Shown here: positions 11,883 to 24,858 of the stretch, piece after piece
Layout: each line of letters starts with the position of its first letter
How positions within the stretch are numbered: the stretch's first letter is position 1
Origin: Chiloscyllium plagiosum
Taxonomy: Eukaryota
Length of the DNA: 64,000 nt
Direction of reading: 5' to 3'
NCBI RefSeq assembly: GCF_004010195.1
Contig: NC_057720.1
Location: 11,087,181 to 11,151,180 of the forward strand
The notes under the pieces: generated by a model
Seen by the model: only the letters and a program-made list of their open reading frames with translations
What the model was told of the DNA's origin: nothing
Databases searched by the model: none
Position numbers and translations under genes: made by a program

Positions 11883-12244
11883 GGCAACATGGGTAGCTCA
11901 GTGGTAAGCACTGCTGCCTGCCTCACAATGCCAGTGGCCGAGGTTCGATTCCAGCATTGGGCAACTGACTGTGTGGAGTTTACACACTCTCCCTGTGTCT
12001 GCGTGCATTTCCTCCGAGTGCTCCGGTTTCCTCCCACAGTCCAAAGATGTGCAGGTTAGGTGAATTGGCCATGCTAAAATTGTCTATAGTGCTCAGGGAT
12101 GTGTCGGTTAGTTGCATTAGTCAGGGGTATACGTGTAGAATAATAAGCGAGGGAAATGCATCTGGGTGGGTTACTTTTCAAAGGGTTGGTGTGGACTTGT
12201 TGGGCCGAATGGCCTGTTTCTGTACTGTAGGGATTGTATGATTC
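11883..12244 (+). mobile_element. HE1-type SINE inserted in CR1
   Basis: A and B boxes, HE1 core and tail. Confidence 0.9.
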
Positions 12245-12479
12245 ACGTACAGGCTGGATCATTAAGTATATTCAAGGCTGCGATAGTCAGATTTTCAGTC
12301 AGTAAAGGAATAAAGAGTTTCAGGGAAGGCATGAAAGTGGGCTTGAGTATTATCAGATCAGCAATGACCTCATTGAATGGCAGTGTAGACTCAATGGGTT
12401 GAATGGTCTATTTCTGTTTCTACATCTTATGGTCTCACGGTTTTACCATCCAGCAAAGGGAAATAATGAGGTGGCAAGG

Positions 12480-13178
12480 CCTGTTTGTGACCTCAGGGAC
12501 TTGTGCTCTTTCAGTCTTGAAGGAAACACTCCTATCTTAGAGAGAAAGAGAGAGACTTTTGGTTTGACTTTTACTTTGAGTGGGGCGGTCTTGTAAAGTC
12601 CTTGGATGGGGATGGCTGTGTAGATTGTGCTCCTAAGAATGGAAGCATATAATGAACTGTGTTACTTTAAAGTGAAGAGTTAGTATTAGTCCCAGACCAG
12701 AAGTGTTTGGTTAAAACCTTGCAAAGGTTACTTAAAGCTGAGTACACTTAAGCTCAAGTGTATAATTGTACCAGAAAGAAGCTATCTGCAATTCAAGTCT
12801 ATAAATTCAAGTCACAAGTGATTTAATCCTACTGAAATGTTCAATGCAGCAACTCTGGTGGAGTACTGTATAAGTGGTATTTTGAGTACTATCCAAAAGC
12901 TGTTGTTTTTCCTTTAATTTATAAAGCATTTTGCCATTAATTTGTTTATACTTTTACCGTGAGTTTAACAATCTTTGAAATTGTGTTCTAAGTAGATGGT
13001 TTGGTTTATTTTCTTTATCTGCTAATAAACTTAATGTTTGCAGACTTTGTTTCAATGGTAAAACCTGTGTGCTTATGTTTCGTCAAGAGACCATTTAGAA
13101 AAACTGAAACAAATCAAAATATGATCTATCACACCACATTTCAATCTGGGATCTGACTTGTCAAGTGGGATTATTTCA
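12480..13178 (+). mobile_element. Degenerate LTR-like repeat
   Basis: AATAAA at ~13024; ends ...GGGATTATTTCA; end related to the reverse complement of 257-330. Confidence 0.35.
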
Positions 13179-13429
13179 ATATGGAAAAGAACTTTATTAC
13201 ACAGAAAGCGGTAAAGCGATAAACATACTGCCTATGAGAGTGTGGAAGCCAAAATGATCACTGATCAGAAAAGGAGGTTTGTTAAAGAGTTTGAGAACTC
13301 ACTGAGCTATGATGATAAAGCAGGCAAATGAGACTAATTAGTTTGCTCTGCAGAGAGCTAGAATAGACTCGATGGGGTGAGTGGACTCCTTTTGCATCGC
13401 AATAACGCTGACTAGGAAGAAACCAAAAG

Positions 13430-13538
13430 AACTATGGAAGCTGGAAATCAGAAACAAAACAGAGATTGCTGGAAAAGCTCAGCAGGTCTGGCAGCATCTG
13501 TGCAGAGAAATTGGAGTTAATGTTTGGGGTCCAGTGAA
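13430..13538 (-). mobile_element. Old PLE family C pLTR fragment
   Basis: AAACAGAGATTGCTGGAAAAGCTCAGCAGGTCTGGCAGCATCTGTG, homologous to the pLTR at 27320-27425. Confidence 0.7.
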
Positions 13539-14169
13539 CTGGAGGTGGGATGGGCATTTTGGACCTTGTTGGGAAACCTACAGCATATTTCTTCTTAATT
13601 ACTCAGATGTAAGGATTGACAACCACACAGAGCAATAACTGAGAACAATAATTAATTGTGAACAGAAAGAGAATTGAAGGGGTAAAAAAGTTTGGACTAT
13701 GAGAGACAGAATATAAAGTTAGGAAGGTAAAGCCAGCAGGGTTTCCGATTGAGGTAAGTATTTTTATTTTCCTTCAGTTGACCCGAATTTATCAGGCCAC
13801 TTGTTTGGATTATCCAGTTATAAAGGGTTAAGATTTACAACTGCAATCTATTCCAGCCAATACAATGGGGGAGGGTGTGTGTAACTCTGTTAAGCTGCAC
13901 CAAAAGAGCTATTCATTCTGTACTGGACTGAAGCCAACAATTCCTTCTAGTTTCAGCTTTCTATGAAACAATTATCTTTTTTTTTTGTGAAAGCCATGTC
14001 TACTACAGCTTAAGGACCCAGTTCGTTGAATGCAATTTCTGTAATACAAGCTGTATTGACTATTCATTTAGGACCAAACTTGGGCTTCAGCAAGCAGGTG
14101 AACTATTTTTCAAGTATTACACTTCTTGTCTTTATTTTTTGTTTCCTTCATATTAAACCATTAATTTGT

Positions 14170-14655
14170 CCAGCGGAGATTCACACGGATGATCCCTGGA
14201 ATGGTAGGTCTAACATATTAAGAACGGCTGAGGATCCTGGGATTGTATTCATTGGAGTTTAGAAGATTAAGGGGAGATCTAATAGAAACTTACAAGATAA
14301 TACATGGCTTGGAGAGGGTGGACGCTAGGAAATTGTTTCCATTAGGCGAGGAGACTAGGACCCGTGGACACAGCCTTAGAATTAGAGGGAGTCAATTCAG
14401 AACAGAAATGCGGAGACATTTCTTCAGCCAGAGAGTGGTGGGCCTGTGGAATTCATTGCCACAGAGTGCAGTGGAGGCTGGGACGCTAAATGTCTTCAAG
14501 GCAGAGATTGATAAATTCTTGATGTCACAAAGAATTAAGGGCTACAGGGAGAATGCGGGTAAGTGGAGTTGAAATGCTCATCAGCCATGATTGAATGGCG
14601 GAGTGGACCCGATGGGCCAAATGGCCTTACTTCCACTCCTATGTCTTATGGTCTT
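14170..14655 (+). mobile_element. CR1 LINE 3' fragment (relatively intact)
   Basis: YSLEFRRLRGDLIETYKI...FFSQRVVGLWNSLP. Confidence 0.92.
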
Positions 14656-14692
14656 AATTCTTTGTATCTGCAAAAACTAGCCCAAAAGACTT

Positions 14693-15096
14693 TGTATTTA
14701 GATATCATCTGTTGGCCAGCTGGATCTAATTGAGTATGAGTTCCCCAATTGGGGTTGTTAACCTGGGCCAATCAGGGATTCCTGGATGACAGACGTAAAT
14801 AAGAATTGGCGACCCTGTTATGGTGCAGTGGTAATGTCCCTACCCCTGGACCAAGAGACCTGGGTTCAAGTCCCACCTATTCCAGAGGTGTGTAACGATA
14901 TCTCTGAACAGGTCGATTTAATTAAAAAAAAGAGAAAATTCTTAAAATGAAAAGAAAAATTATATAAAATGGAATCTCAGGGATTCTTCTAACTCTGGGA
15001 CTGGCTCTGAACTGACTGGTCAGAGTCCATGTACTGTGCACGTTTAAATAAAGGGTGATTTGGTAATGGGATACTGGCCTCTGTAGAGTTATTTCA
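14693..15096 (+). mobile_element. Probable solo LTR interrupted by a SINE
   Basis: TG...CA ends, CCAAT box (~14768), AATAAA (~15047); no clear TSD. Confidence 0.45.
14808..14925 (+). mobile_element. Short tRNA-derived SINE followed by an A-rich tail
   Basis: TGGTGCAGTGG A box, GGTTCAAGTCC B box. Confidence 0.7.
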
Positions 15097-15679
15097 TCAA
15101 CATGCCACCTGCAATCTCTTACAATAGAAGGATTCACATTGGACTCTAAGAGGCACAGACTCTCGGCCAACAGTCCAGTACCATAGCAAGACAGTGCTAT
15201 ATTTTCGTGGGAGTATGTTCCAATTTTACAGATCTTACAGCACTGTTGTAAGTTCTGGGAGTTTAACTTCGTTCTGGCTTTCTCCCTCAAGCAGAACCAC
15301 TACCAATTGGCTTTGTGTAGGATTGTTTTAACTCACACAATTATCTGTGTACACATTGCAAAGGATTTCACCATATGTGAACCACTTTGAACCATTCCAT
15401 TTGAAATTTTGCTTTCTTTTGACTTAGAATGTGGGATTTTTCTTTTCTCACGGCATTGTAGGTTAAGCAGAGATTTACTAGAAGTGCTCACAGTTTCCAC
15501 AGAGTTTGATTTGGTAGTCAGGGATAAATGTTTTGCACTGGCAATAGGATTGGCAAGTAGAATAAACATATCAAAGGTGTTGCAAATTGCAATATGTAAA
15601 CCAAATTATCCAATTTTTTTCACCCCAGAAGTCACAGGTTTTCACATGCTTAATGTATAATTTGACTTATTATTAAGCT

Positions 15680-16145
15680 GGAGCGGGCTCAGAAGGGATT
15701 TACCAAGATTTTGGCAGGAATGGAAGGTTTGAATTATAGGGAGAGGCTGGATAGCCTGGGAGTTTTTTCATTTGGAGATTAGGAGGTTGTGAGGTAACCT
15801 TGTAGAGGTTTATAAATTTGTGAGGGATGTAGGCAAGGTGAATGGCAGATGTCTTTTCCCTCGGGTGGAGGATTTCAAGACTAAGGGGCATATTTTTAAG
15901 GTGAGAGGAGAAAGATTTTAAGAAGACATGCGGGGCAACTTGTTGTAGACAGAGAGTGACTCGTGTGTGGAATGAACTTGTCACACAGTTACAATATTTA
16001 AAAGACCTTTAGATGAGTACATGAATAAGAAATGTTTGGAGGGATATGGGCCAAGCTCAGGCAGGTGGGGCTGCTTTAGTTTGAGATTATAGTCAGCATG
16101 GGCTGGTTGGACCAAAGGACCTGTTTCTGTGCTGTATGACTCTCC
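15680..16145 (+). mobile_element. CR1 LINE 3' fragment
   Basis: Degenerate ORF2 C-terminus and 3' UTR. Confidence 0.85.
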
Positions 16146-16366
16146 TTTACAGCCAGGAAATGCCATATACATATTGGTGGTCAGTCTCAATTTTTTACTC
16201 TGCAAATAGATGTTTCACTTGTCAATGCTTTATAACTTGGTTATGACAGAGCACATAGTTAATACTGTGGAAGTTTCAGACATGTCCACTCCTTGCATTG
16301 GATGTCAATGACATTTGAAATGGTAACCACCTATATCCAAGCGGCATACAAGTCACCCATTGTTTT

Positions 16367-16727
16367 TCATAGAATCCACAGAATCTCTACAGTGTGGAAA
16401 CAGGCCCTTCGGCCCAACAAGTCTACACAGGCCCTCCGAAGAGCAACCCACCCAATCCCATCCCCCTACCATATTATCCTATATTTACCCCTGACTAATG
16501 CACCTAACCTACACATCCCTGAAGACTATGGGCAATTTTGCATCGCCAATTCACCTAACCTGCACATCTTTGGAATGTGGGATGTAACTGGAGCAGCCAG
16601 AGGAAACCCACGCAGACACGGGGAGAATGTGCAAACTCCACACAGACAGTCGCCCGAGGCTGGAGTCAAACCTGGGTCCCTGGCGCTGAGAGGCAGCAGT
16701 ACTAACCACTGAGCTACTGTGCCACCC
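16367..16727 (-). mobile_element. HE1-type SINE
   Basis: Reverse complement of the HE1 pattern, full length. Confidence 0.9.
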
Positions 16728-17094
16728 CTATGCCATCTTTTTGGAAGGATGCTTCAAGGATAGTTGCTGAACGGACCAGAGGAAGATGAGAACAATTTTT
16801 TTAATGCACCAAGTGTTGATCTGAATGGCATTGTTTGAAAGGACAATGAAAGCAAATTCAGTAGTAACTTACAAAAGGAAGTTGAATAAAGTTTTGTAAA
16901 GGAAAATTTCCTAAGGATCCGGGGAAAGGATAATGGAGGAGTCAGACTAATTCCAAAGAGTTGGCACAGTCATGATGTGACAAATGGCCTCCATTTTCTG
17001 TTGATGTGATTTAATAACAATTGTTGATGAGGGAGTTGGAGATAAGGAACACTTATACAAGGCTTACACTTTGATTATTTTCATTGCTGGCGAA

Positions 17095-17492
17095 AGAAGA
17101 GAGATTGGATCAGTTTGAACTATATTCACTGGAGTTTAAAAGAATGATAGATATCCCATAGACACCTGTAAAAGTCTAACAGGGCTGTACAGGGTAATTG
17201 TAGGAAGGATGTTATCATTGACCATAGAGTCCAGAGTTAGGGGCAACAGTCTAAGGATATGGGGTAGGCTATTTATAACTGAAGTGAGGAGAAATTTCTT
17301 CACTCAGAGTGCGGTGAGCCTGAGGATCTCTCTGCCACAGAAAGTAGTTGAGTCCAAAATATTGAAACTTTTGAAGAAGAAGTTAGATATAGTTCTTAGG
17401 GCTGAAGGGATGAAAGGGTATGGGGAGAAAGCAGAAAGAGGTTACTGTGTTGGCCGGTCAGCCATGATCATGTTGAATGACAAAGCAGGCTC
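17095..17492 (+). mobile_element. CR1 LINE 3' fragment
   Basis: EVRRNFFTQSAVSLRISLPQK. Confidence 0.8.
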
Positions 17493-17902
17493 CATAAGAC
17501 ATAGGAGCGGAAGTAGGGCCATTTAGTCCATCCCGTCCACTCCACCATTCAACCATGGCTGATCAGTATTTCAACGTCATTTACCTGCACTCTCCCCGTT
17601 GCCCTTAATTCCTTGCAAGATTAAGAATTTATCAATCTCTGCCTTGAAGACATTCAACATCCTGCCCTCCACTGCGCTCCGTGGCAATGAATTCCACAGG
17701 CCCTCCACTCTCTGGCTGAAGAAATGTCTCCTCATTTCCATTTTAAATTGATCACCTCTAATTCTAAGGTTGTGTCCACGGGTCCTAGGCTCCCCGTCTG
17801 ACGGAAACAAATTCCCAGCGTCCACCCTTCCTAAGCCATGCATTATCTTGTAAGTTTCTCTTAGATCTCCCCTCAAACTTCTAAATACAGTCCCAGGATC
17901 CT
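17493..17902 (-). mobile_element. CR1 LINE 3' fragment (subfamily of 14170-14655)
   Basis: RGDLRETYKIMHGLGRVDAG...FFSQRVEGLWNSLP. Confidence 0.9.
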
Positions 17903-19766
17903 CAGCAGCTCAAAGGGGCGAATAGCCCAGTCCTATTTTCACCATTAGCATCAAGTGGTTCCCCAGTTAGGTGGTTCATGCAACTGTCGAAAGATGCACT
18001 AACCTCAGCAGAGCAGCAACTGTGTTGATCTGACTCCCGACTCCTCCCTTGTCCTGATGAGCTCGCTCTGGGAAATTGACCAATTAGCTTTAATTGACGC
18101 TGGACCACTGATCCAGAAGCTGGATTGTCAGAGCCTTCCTTGGGCAGGCTGACATCCGTTAAGATCTGTCTGAACTCATTCCACCTGGGACACCCACTAG
18201 CTGTCAGGAAAATGACAGAACTGGCCCATTAGCCAAGCAAGGTACAGGCAACACACTGACTTACCTCTTGTTCTGTCTCCCTGCCCAAAACGTTGGGAAA
18301 TCAGCTGCCAAATAACATAGGAGGGGGGTGATGGTGTTGCAATTGAAAATGAGTTTGAAATCAATGAAATTCAAACCTCAAGAGCAAGGGAAGCATTTTT
18401 CCAGAAAAGATGATCCTGTGCACTGAGTATTATTGGGAAGAATGACAAGCAATTTACTTTTTGTACAGTGCGATCATCGTGCTGAACAGGAAATGGTTTA
18501 ACAGATCTAGCAACTCAAAAGCAGGCATTTGTTTAACACTGTGGGCTATCGGCACCAGCAGAATTGTATTTAATCACAATCTATAAGCTCATGGCCCAGT
18601 ACATTCCCCCCCTCCCTGACCACCATTTTTCCTTTGCCATCAAGCAGAGGAATCAACCCTGATTTGAATAAGAGTGCAGGAGAGCAAGCCAGGAGCAACG
18701 GCTGACATCCTTAAAAATCAAACATCAACCAGGATACTACAATGGGGCCTGACAATACTCCAGCAATAGTATTGAAGGCTTGTGCTCCAGAACTCGCCCG
18801 CACAGCTACAATACCAGCAGAAAAACAAGGCAAATCCAACCTCGCCAATTACAGCCCTCACAGTCTATTCTTCATCATGGGCAAACTGATGAAAAAGAGT
18901 CATTGACAATACTGCCAAGCAGCACTTGCAAAGGAATAACTTACTCACTAGTTCTCAGTTTGCCTTCCTCTCATAATAAAGAACAGTATTGCATTAACCT
19001 TCTTAATTACTTGCTGTACCTACGTGCTAACTTTTTTGTGACAAAATGCCCTCGAGCACCTCGATTGTGCTGCTCCTCGGGATTCTGCAGTTCTTATTCA
19101 TTTAGATAGTACTTCTTAAAAAATTTCTTCCTGCCAAAGCAAACCATGTTATATTTTTCCCATATTATACTTCATCTGCCATGTTATTTTACCCACTCAC
19201 TTATCTTCTCTATGTCAATCTGCAACCTGTTCACCACGTACTCTCCTACCTAGCTTTATGTAATCATAAATCTAATTACCATACCTTCACTCCCCTCATC
19301 TAAGTTACTGACATAAATTGTAAGATTCTGGTGCCCAAGCACAGACCGGTGTAGGACTCCGCGCATCCCATCCTGCTAAACAGAAAAAGACTTATTTATG
19401 TATGCTCTCTGTTCTCTAGCAGCCAGCCAGCCAGTCTTCATCCAGTATATCTTATGTTACGCCCTATACCATTTGCACAATACCTTAGGAAGGATACCTT
19501 AGGAAATACCAAATTGAAGTACTGATAGGCTATGGATAAAGGGATTTCATTGACAATGTTACTCCTTCAAAGAATTGATTTGATTTGATTCGATATTGTC
19601 ACATTCCTAGGTACAGTGAAAAGTGTTGTGTGCAGTACAGGCAGATCATAACATACAAACATCACAGGGCGATTGAACAGAATGAGCAAAACAAGTTCTG
19701 GCTGCAAAGAAGGTGCACAAAAAGAAAGAAAAACATTAGATTTGAAATTTGAGAGGTCCGTTCAGC

Positions 19767-19894
19767 CTGAAGAAAGGCTTATGCCCAAAACGTCGATTCT
19801 CCTGCTCCTCGGATGCTGCCTGGCCTGCTGTGTTTTTCCAGCACCACATTTTTCAACTCTGGTACTCCAGCATCTGCAGTCCTCACTTTCTCCC
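19767..19894 (+). mobile_element. PLE family B monomer starting at the HHR core
   Basis: CTGAAGAAAGGCTTATGCCCAAAACGTC...; 13-bp TSD AGGTCC(G/A)TTCAGC at 19754-19766 and 19895-19907. Confidence 0.9.
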
Positions 19895-20246
19895 AGGTCC
19901 ATTCAGCAGGCTAATAACAGCTGGGAAGAAGCTGTTCTCGAACCTGTTGCTACATGTGTTTAAGCTTTTATATCTTCTGCCTGACAGAAGGGATTATAAC
20001 TGGGGTGGAAGGCGTCTTTGATGATGGCTTCCTTTCTGAGGCAGCATGAAGTGTAGATGGAGTCAGTGGTTGGGAGGTTGGCTTGCGTGATGGACTGGGC
20101 TATGTCCATAATTCTCTGTTGTTTCTTATGGTCCTGGGCAGAGTAGTTGCCATACCATGCCCTGGTGCACCCAGATAGAATGCTTTCTATGATGTATTTA
20201 TAAACGTTGGGGAGGGTCCTTATGGACATACTGAATTTTTTTATAT

Positions 20247-21205
20247 ATAGGATCCTTACAGTGTGGAAACAGGCCCTTCGGCCCAACAAGTCCACTCAGA
20301 CTCTCTGAAAAGCAACTGAACCAGACCCATTCCCCTATACAGGGGAACCTCGATTATCCGAACAAGATGGGCGGGCACTATTTTGTTCGGATAATCGATT
20401 ATTTGGTTAATCGATTAAATGCCTTTTCCTCTGAGGCTCGGAGTTTTTAAAATCTGCTCCCCGTTCAGGAGATCGTGGCCGAGGCTCCGCGCTCCCCCCA
20501 CTGTCTAACATCCCCCCGCCCCCAATCTCTGCAGTACTTGCCCCCCCGCCCCAACCAAGTACACACCCACCCCCTCTCCGGTGAAGCTGGACTGGACATC
20601 CAACAACAAGACTGCTGCTGCAGTTGCCTTTGTGGGGAAAGTCTCCAAATAGCGCACACACAGACGCAGCTGCAGCCACAGCCACACACACAACTTTTTA
20701 CTGCAACGTTTTGACAAGTTCCACCTTTGCTCTGTACAGGACAATGTTGGAGCGATTATGTGGGGAAGGGGAGTTTAGGATACACCCCTGTGTAGAACTC
20801 CAGGGAAAGTGTGGGGACAGAGAGAGGATGGGCAGTCAGTCATTTGGAGACGGTGTGTGTTTAATCACTGTACACAAAAGACGCGATCACTGTTGGAAAC
20901 ATGTCTTTGATGTAATGTTTCCATCGGGACCTTGAGATCTCCTTCGGATAACCCAATAATTGGTATTCGGATAATCGAGGTTCCTCTGTATTTACCCCTG
21001 ACTAAATCACCTAACCTAGGCATCCCCAAACACTATGGGCAATTTTGCATGGCCAATTCACCTAATCTGCACATCTATTGGATTGTGGGAGCAGACACAG
21101 GGAGAATGTGCAAACTCCGCACAGACAGGTGCCCGAGGTGGGAATCAAACTGGTGTCCCTTGCTCCTTGAGGCAGCAGTGCTAACCACTGAGCCACCATG
21201 TCGCC
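20247..21205 (-). mobile_element. HE1-type SINE split by a MITE
   Basis: Tail 20247-20339 and body/head 20989-21205 are collinear. Confidence 0.88.
20340..20988. mobile_element. Non-autonomous Tc1/mariner-superfamily (Tigger/pogo-like) DNA transposon
   Basis: Terminal inverted repeats CAGGGGAACCTCGATTATCCGAA / TTCGGATAATCGAGGTTCCTCTG; TA target duplication on both sides. Confidence 0.9.
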
Positions 21206-22064
21206 ATTGCCTTAGCCTCCTGAGGAAGAAGAATAGTTGTTGTGCCTTCTTGACCGTCACATCAATGTGAATGGTCCAGTATGGGTTGTTGACGATCATC
21301 ACTCCTAGGAACTTGATGCTTTGACCCTCTCCATCTCAGCTGCATTGATGTAGATCCAATAAATTGGTGAAATATTGTTTCTGCTTTACAGAACCATGCT
21401 CACTGTTCTTGATGACCTTGAAGTTTTCTATAGCACAGCTATGCCCTCCTTAATATTCGATCTTAACACTTTCTCCATGCAAGAGGTCAAGCTGATCAGA
21501 CATGGTTTTTTGAATCCTGTCTCCCTGCCCTCTTGAGTCAATTGATTACGTTTGCTCCTCGCCAGTCCAATGGAACTTTCCATAATCGAGCAAATTTGGG
21601 AAAACAAAATCCCCACAAAATCGCAGGTTATCCTGACTGAGAAATAAATCACCATTCATTCGCTGTTGCCAGGTTGAAATCCTGGAACTCCCTCGCTAAC
21701 AGCACTGTGAGTGTGCTTACACCTCACAGACTGCAGAACAGGTCAAGAAAGGCAGCCCATCCCCAACTTCTCCAGAGCAGCCTGGGATGGGCAATCAATA
21801 CTGGCCTCGCCGGCAACAACCACAAACTATGAACAACATTTTAAACATAAAATCTGACCAGTCTTTTTTCTGACTTATTCAGCAATAAATCAAAGATCCT
21901 GCAAATTTCATTAAAGTTACACATCAGTGCAATTATCATTCTATTTAAACTTCAGTCGTCCAGCAATTGCTGTGTTCAGATTTCACTTCTACTTGTAGTT
22001 TAATATAATGCAGCACGTTTAATTCATCATCTCAGTTGGCTTCATTGTCAGTTATCCATTAATT

Positions 22065-22480
22065 TTTATTCATTCAGGAGATGTGGGCCAACATTTATTG
22101 CCTGTCCCTAGTTGCTTTTGAGAAGCTGGTGGTGAGCTGCCTTCTCGAACCCCTACAGTCCACGTGCTGTGGGTTGGCCCTCTTTGCTCTTAAGGAGGGA
22201 ATTCTGGGATTTTGACCCAGCAACACTGAAGGAACAGTGATATCTATCCATGTCAGGATGGTGAGTGGCTTGGAGGGGAGCTTGCATGTATCTGCTGCCC
22301 TTATTCTTCAGATGGAAGTGGATGTGGGTTTGGAAGGTGCTGCCTAAGGAGCCTTGGTAAATTTCTGTGATACATCTCGTGGATGGTGCATGGGGTGAGT
22401 TACTCACTACAGGATTCCTAGCCTCTGACTTGGTCTTGTAGCCATAGGATTCAGATGGCTAGTCCAGGTCAGTTTCTGGT
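22065..22480 (-). mobile_element. LINE 3' fragment (family of 10155-10385)
   Basis: Reverse-complement similarity; SFSVAGSKSQNSL. Confidence 0.75.
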
Positions 22481-22734
22481 CTGGTTTAATAACTTTTGAA
22501 CCATCAGAGTGCTAATTAATGATTAACATATTACCCCTTCAGTACTCAATACCAAATAGACCTGTAAACAGCTCAGCAGAACTATAATTATCTATTTTTC
22601 ACACACAATAGGTCTGCAATCAACCTCTCTCATATGTTAGACACATCATACTGTGAAACTGAAGCTTATACAAAAGCAAATCAGCTCAGTGTTTTATAGA
22701 AAAACAGAGTTGTTCACTTGTATCAGAGTTGTAC

Positions 22735-22965
22735 TATTTGAGGTGTTGTATTTCAAATTAAACATTAAAGTCAGAGTGTCAGCCTGCTGTAATGGGCATG
22801 AAAGATCCTGTGGTATTGTTTGATAAAGTGCTCCATCTCCTAGCTGATATCACTTACGTAAAATAATTCAATTCGTCGTGAATCACATTGATAATCATGG
22901 GACCTTATAGCACACAAATTGGATACCATGTTTCCTATATTACAACAATGACTGCATTTCAGCCG
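22735..22965 (+). mobile_element. Deu-domain SINE (SacSINE1/AmnSINE1-like) remnant
   Basis: GTGAAAGATCC.GTGG...CAAATTGG...TGTTTCCTATATTACAACAATGACTGCATTTCA. Confidence 0.6.
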
Positions 22966-24354
22966 CATTTTGCATTTAGATTGCATTATAAGGTCATAAA
23001 ATATCGCATGATGCTTCATAGGAGCTTAATCAGGCAAATTTAAATTGCAGTGTGTCAAAGGATGAGACATCAGGACATGTGACCAAAGAGTAGATTTACA
23101 GGATTATGTTAAGGGAAGGGAGAGATTGATAAAACAATGACTCAGAAGGTTAGGAATTGGATAGCAAAAGAGAGGGTCACCAATGCTTTGGATAAGGGAA
23201 GTGACGGGTGTGCAAAAGGTAGATCGGAGGAAAAGACAGTTCCAAGGTGGTTGTTATGCTCACTTCACTGGCTGTGAAGCCCTACTGAGGAAGTGGCTAT
23301 ACAAATACACAATCTTTCATAACTGCACCACAACCAAATGAGACCGGTGTGTACAGCTATGGCAGTATAAGTGTGTGGAAAGTCCGAGCTCAGATCTCAA
23401 TGTCAACGCTGTCCCATTGTGTGACAAAGGCACGTGTCAGAAAGCATCACTACATCAGGCAGCAAATGAAATTCTGCTGTCAACCAATGGCAGAAGCCAC
23501 TATTTATGCCACTACAATCAGCAACACAGCAGAGAAGTATTCTCTCCCTGGATTGATATGAACAGCAGTCGCCAGGGTCAGCCTAATACACTGAGGCAAA
23601 TTTTATCACCATATTGAGCACAATTGAAATGGTCAGGTAAAACATGACCTTGACTTATCCTGGAGAGGTGCATTTTCTATGCTCAGTGCAGTGGGCATTT
23701 TATTCCAGGTATTTACTTAAGAATGCTTTGATTTCGAGAATTTTAAACGAAAGATGAGATAACACTAGACAAGGACACTCTTTCCTTTTTAATTCAAATC
23801 TGTTTCCCAAGACATTCTGATAGGTCCGTGTTGGTTAAGTTTAAAAATATACTATTAATTGCTTTTGAAGGTTTAATGCTCCGAGCCTGTGAAATTCAGT
23901 TGCTTTAAATATAAAATCTGCATTAAATGCTTTTTTAATTCCTTCAGATTGTAGTGTTCTAGTGGCATTGTGAAGTAGTTTCTCTCTTTTGAGATGAGTC
24001 TCCTATTGCCTGATAGCAAACAACAAATTTCAATTATGAGAAAAGGGAGAAATTATATTGTTTCAATTTTTATCAGTCTTTGTCTGATTGTGTGTGTTCC
24101 CTGTCAACAGCACTGCAAATCACTACTCTGCAAAGACAAAAAAAAATGCTTTTAGGTTGAGAGCTGATCTAATCTCTATGAAATAATGGAAAACAAGAGA
24201 AAGCGAGAGACTCAGGCAATATTCTAGCTCAGGGACTGTAGCACTTCCAAACAAATAAACATGAATCAGTTAAGAATGCTAAATGAGCATCAGCTTAGCA
24301 CTGTTTGAGTGAATGCCGTGTCGTGCAGTCAATGTGAGCAGTTTGTTGTAATAA

Positions 24355-24640
24355 TAGAAAGTGCTGGAGAAACTCAGCAGGTCTGGCGGTATCTGTGGAG
24401 AGAAAAATGGGGTTACTGTTTCAAATGTGGTAGAGTGTTTCTTTGAATTCTTTCAGTTCTGAAAAAGAGTCATTTCAGACTTGAAGCGTTAATTCTGCTT
24501 CTGGGATTGGTGTAGATAGGTTGGTGTAGATGGGCCGAAGTACATGTTCTGTGCTGTTTGACTCTGAGTTTTTGAGTTTCTCCAGCACTATCTGCTTTTC
24601 GCTTTTTGAGATCCCCAGCATCAGCAATGTTTTGCTTTTA
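24355..24640. mobile_element. Old PLE family C inverted mini-element with a small internal insert
   Basis: GTGCTGGAGAAACTCAGCAGG ... GAGTTTCTCCAGCAC inverted termini; decayed CTGAAAAAGAGTC..GACTTGAAGCGTT core. Confidence 0.6.
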
Positions 24641-24766
24641 TTTGAACAGTGTGTTGAATGTGCACTGTTTTACGCACATACCAGTTTGGCCCTGCCCAAC
24701 ATATTTACATTGTCACTACACATTTTGAGTGATGGGGTCTTGCATTTGCAATACATTGGATAGAAT

Positions 24767-24858
24767 GTTAAAAATCACACAACACCAGGTTATAGTCCAA
24801 CAGGTCTAATTGGAAGCACACTAGCTTTCGGAGCGCTGCTCCTACATCAGGTGGTTGT
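24767..24858 (-). mobile_element. PLE family A single arm with HHR motif
   Basis: Reverse complement CTGATGTAGGAGCAGCGCTCCGAAAGCTAGTG. Confidence 0.88.

Larger units (their letters stand above)
8675..12436 (+). mobile_element. Old, long, degenerate CR1 LINE (ORF1 esterase remnant, ORF2 EN/RT remnants, 3' UTR) with nested insertions
   Basis: LPGARVKYIS and GLHLN motifs (CR1 ORF1 SGNH-like); DRQEGSDGGVA (EN); QHGFMKWKSCLMTLLEFFE (RT); LYKALVRPKLE; FFSQRIVNLWNSLP. Confidence 0.8.
19578..21355 (-). mobile_element. Rex1/Babar-like LINE 3' part with nested PLE mini-element, HE1 SINE and MITE
   Basis: WTIHIDVTVKKAQQLFFFLRRLR and IIESILSGCTRAWYGN motifs; (TCAAA)n tail on the minus strand. Confidence 0.85.
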
